The position numbers and the translations under genes were made by a program. A stretch of 64,000 bases of DNA from Azolla caroliniana (lineage: Eukaryota > Plantae > Polypodiophyta), in the NCBI GenBank assembly GCA_043228905.1, contig JBHGNT010000008.1, forward strand, positions 16,244,001-16,308,000, in the 5' to 3' direction. Numbering within the stretch: position 1 is the stretch's first letter; every line of letters begins with the position of its first letter. Positions 61,432 through 64,000 of this stretch are shown here, piece by piece. Below the pieces are notes generated by a model that saw only the letters and a list, made by a program, of their open reading frames with translations, did no database searches and was not told the DNA's origin.

Positions 61432-63620
61432 ATGAGGAAGAGAGATACACCACGCGGGCTCAAACTCACTGTACCAGAGCAACAGACCCCCATCTCTGAT
61501 TTCCTGTAAAGTAGCTGAATCTCTCTCTGGTTTGAATTTCATTCTATTCTTCTTTAGATCTGTGCTTTGAAATGCATTTTACTCTGTTTGTAGCTTTTTG
61601 GTCATAATTTTCTTTTCCTTATGTTCCGTTGCAAATAACAACTGAATTTGTATACTTTGATATTCTCCATATTTGTTTTTCTCCCTTGGTTGTTTTTGTA
61701 TATTCTGGTGATGAGTGATGAGTGATGAGTGATGAGTGATAAATGATGAATGATGAATGATGGTGATGGTGATGAAAATCTTGTTTTCCTTTCTTCTTCT
61801 CCCATTAAAACAGGACTGCTAGTGGAACTTTCCAAGATGGAGATCTCCTTCTCAACAAGCATGGTCTACGTGTGATATCAAAAGATTCATCTGTAAGTTC
61901 TATTATTTAAAAGTATCATCTTTTTTATTCAAAATGGTAGTTAAATGGAAATGTTTTAGTGGGTTATTATTGGGTTATTTGAATGGTATGCTTGAACTAT
62001 AAAGTTTCTTAAACGCCTTCTTTGTTTCGGAATTAACCCCATATTTTTGTTCCAAATGATGGCTTATGAAATTTCTTCAGTGGATACTATTGATTTTCCA
62101 AACATAAAAGGATACCGAAAAAGGGATTATTTGGTTGCATATCTATGATATATTGTAGCAACTATCAAAAAAATTCTTAAACAAAAATTTGATTCGTTCA
62201 AAATAGAATGCATTATTGAGAAGTTGAGCTTTCCTGAATAGAACAGGAGGATATGGCAAAATGGGTGATCTGCTCATATAGCTTTGGCATATTGTTTGAA
62301 CTGTCCAAAACCTCCATAAATACAAAGTTGTTTCTCTCAAAATAGTGACTGCTTTTATGAATAGAAGAGGGATATGTGAAAATTGGTAATCTGCTTTTAT
62401 TATCTAATCAATATATTGTTTTGAACTGGTGAATCTGCAGCCAGCTGTTGCTCAACCTGCTGATTCTAGTTTCACATTGGAAGATATGGAGACAGTGAGG
62501 GTCGTCGGGAAAGGCAGTGGGGGTGTAGTTCAACTTGTTAGACACAAATGGACAGGCCAATTCTTTGCATTAAAGGTGAACGATTTCTCCTGAAAAGTTG
62601 ATTTCAGTTTTCCCATCCATTTACAGTGATCTTTCATATTAGTAATGCCGTTGAAAGAATTCAATGGTTTTGTGGATCATGTAGATATAAAGTTATTTAT
62701 ATAGCCTTTCTCATTCATTCAAATAAATTGAAATTCTGCTTATGTGGGGAGACCAAGTAAGTTGAAATTGTTCTCTTTTTTTTCTCTCATTTTCCTTTAT
62801 AGGTTATCCAAATGAACATTCAGGAAGAAGTTCGGAAACAAATCGTTAGGGAACTGAAAATTAATCAAGCTTCTCAGTGCCCATATGTTGTTGTGTGTTA
62901 CCATGCATTTTATAACAATGGAGTCATATCCATAGTACTAGAATACATGGATGGTGGTTCCTTAGCCGATGTCATAAGAGATTTTAGGGTCATACCGGAG
63001 CCTTATTTGGCAATTATATGCAAACAAGTAAGTGCTGTTTACGATGATCCTTCTCTTTTCAACCATGCATACGGATAGCTCCACTAATCAATGCTATTTT
63101 TTCAGGTTCTAAGGGGACTAATATATCTGCACCAAGACAGACATGTAATCCATAGGGACATAAAACCATCTAACCTTTTGGTGAATCACAAAGGTGAAGT
63201 GAAAATCACTGATTTCGGAGTGAGTGCAATGCTAACAAATTCGATGGGTCAACGAGATACATTTGTGGGAACTTACAATTACATGTCGGTAGGTGGGAAC
63301 AAATACAGTCATAAAAAATATTCATAATTAGGTATATTACCTAGTATTGTTGCTCTTCATTATTTAAGTGAGATTTGTATTTATTTATTTTTTCAGCCGG
63401 AACGTATCAGTGGTGGTGCATATGGTTTTGATAGTGATATATGGAGCTTAGGTCTTGTTATATTAGAGTTGGCAATAGGGCGATTTCCATACTTGCCTCC
63501 AGGTAAAAATGATGGGTGGCTAAACTTCTATGAGCTTTTGGAAACTATTGTCGAACAACCCCCTCCATCTGCTCCTGCTGATCAGTTTTCACCTGAATTT
63601 TGTTCATTCATCGCAGGATG
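61432..63620 (+). CDS. Group A MAP kinase kinase (MKK6/NQK1-like), exons 1-6; the gene continues beyond the visible exons
   Basis: GT-AG exons 61432-61505, 61814-61892, 62441-62575, 62803-63027, 63106-63288 and 63397-63620 splice in frame. They encode the docking site RKR...[38 protein letters not shown] and the activation loop [20 protein letters not shown]. Confidence 0.93.
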
Positions 63621-64000
63621 GTCAGTTGTCACGCTTTGCTCTTTTCTTTTTTATTATATTTGAAGGGTTTTTTATGAAAAATATTTCCTGCTGGCTATTC
63701 TCAAGTTTATGCATCCTTAGGATAATTGTGATTTTAATTACTTGAAATCCTTACAATTTATAGCTTTAATACAAGATAGGAAAATATTCATTAAGGAATA
63801 ATTTTCTATCACTACGCCTTCAATAATTCATCATTTCTGTAGTTTGTAGGGTGTGTCAATTTAGCTGAAGCATATCACACATACTCTGAGATATTCCATC
63901 TTTCTGTTTTTAATATTATTACCGTATCTTGATTTTCCTTAGTGAAAGTAGACTCTTTTGCTATACCTCGGCTGTATATGGAATATATTGTACTCATGCA

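Noticed and set aside
61248-61499. 83-aa Glu/Lys-rich ORF
   Set aside because: It is the GA-rich 5' UTR of the MAPKK read from a GTG in another frame.

Overview
Land-plant genomic DNA, most likely a non-seed plant, judged from the intronless PAL, the Tcn1/sushi-like chromovirus and the tRNA-Trp-primed non-chromoviral Ty3/gypsy elements. Positions 1-52 kb are a nested retrotransposon island. It holds six insertions of a tRNA-Trp-primed Ty3/gypsy lineage (two full-length, one internally deleted, one truncated, two solo LTRs), two chromoviruses plus a solo LTR, four Ty1/copia remnants plus solo or partial LTRs, and a fragmented LINE. Positions 55-64 kb hold two divergently oriented host genes: an intronless phenylalanine ammonia-lyase-family gene (-) and the first six exons of a group A MAP kinase kinase (+). 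Five observations stand out. (1) Every insertion of the Trp-primed lineage sits at a 4-bp target with a central CG, and one ACGT site was used twice. (2) tRNA-like A-box/B-box modules lie antisense in the U3 of several LTR families, including an unrelated chromovirus. (3) RNA structures are conserved between the Trp-primed families: a -1 frameshift pseudoknot after Gag-protease, covarying U5-leader stems, and a pre-PPT hairpin. (4) The PAL ORF is intact but its catalytic Tyr reads as Asn. (5) The Tcn1-like element has a Tf1-type self-priming site. All alignments and coordinates were done by eye.
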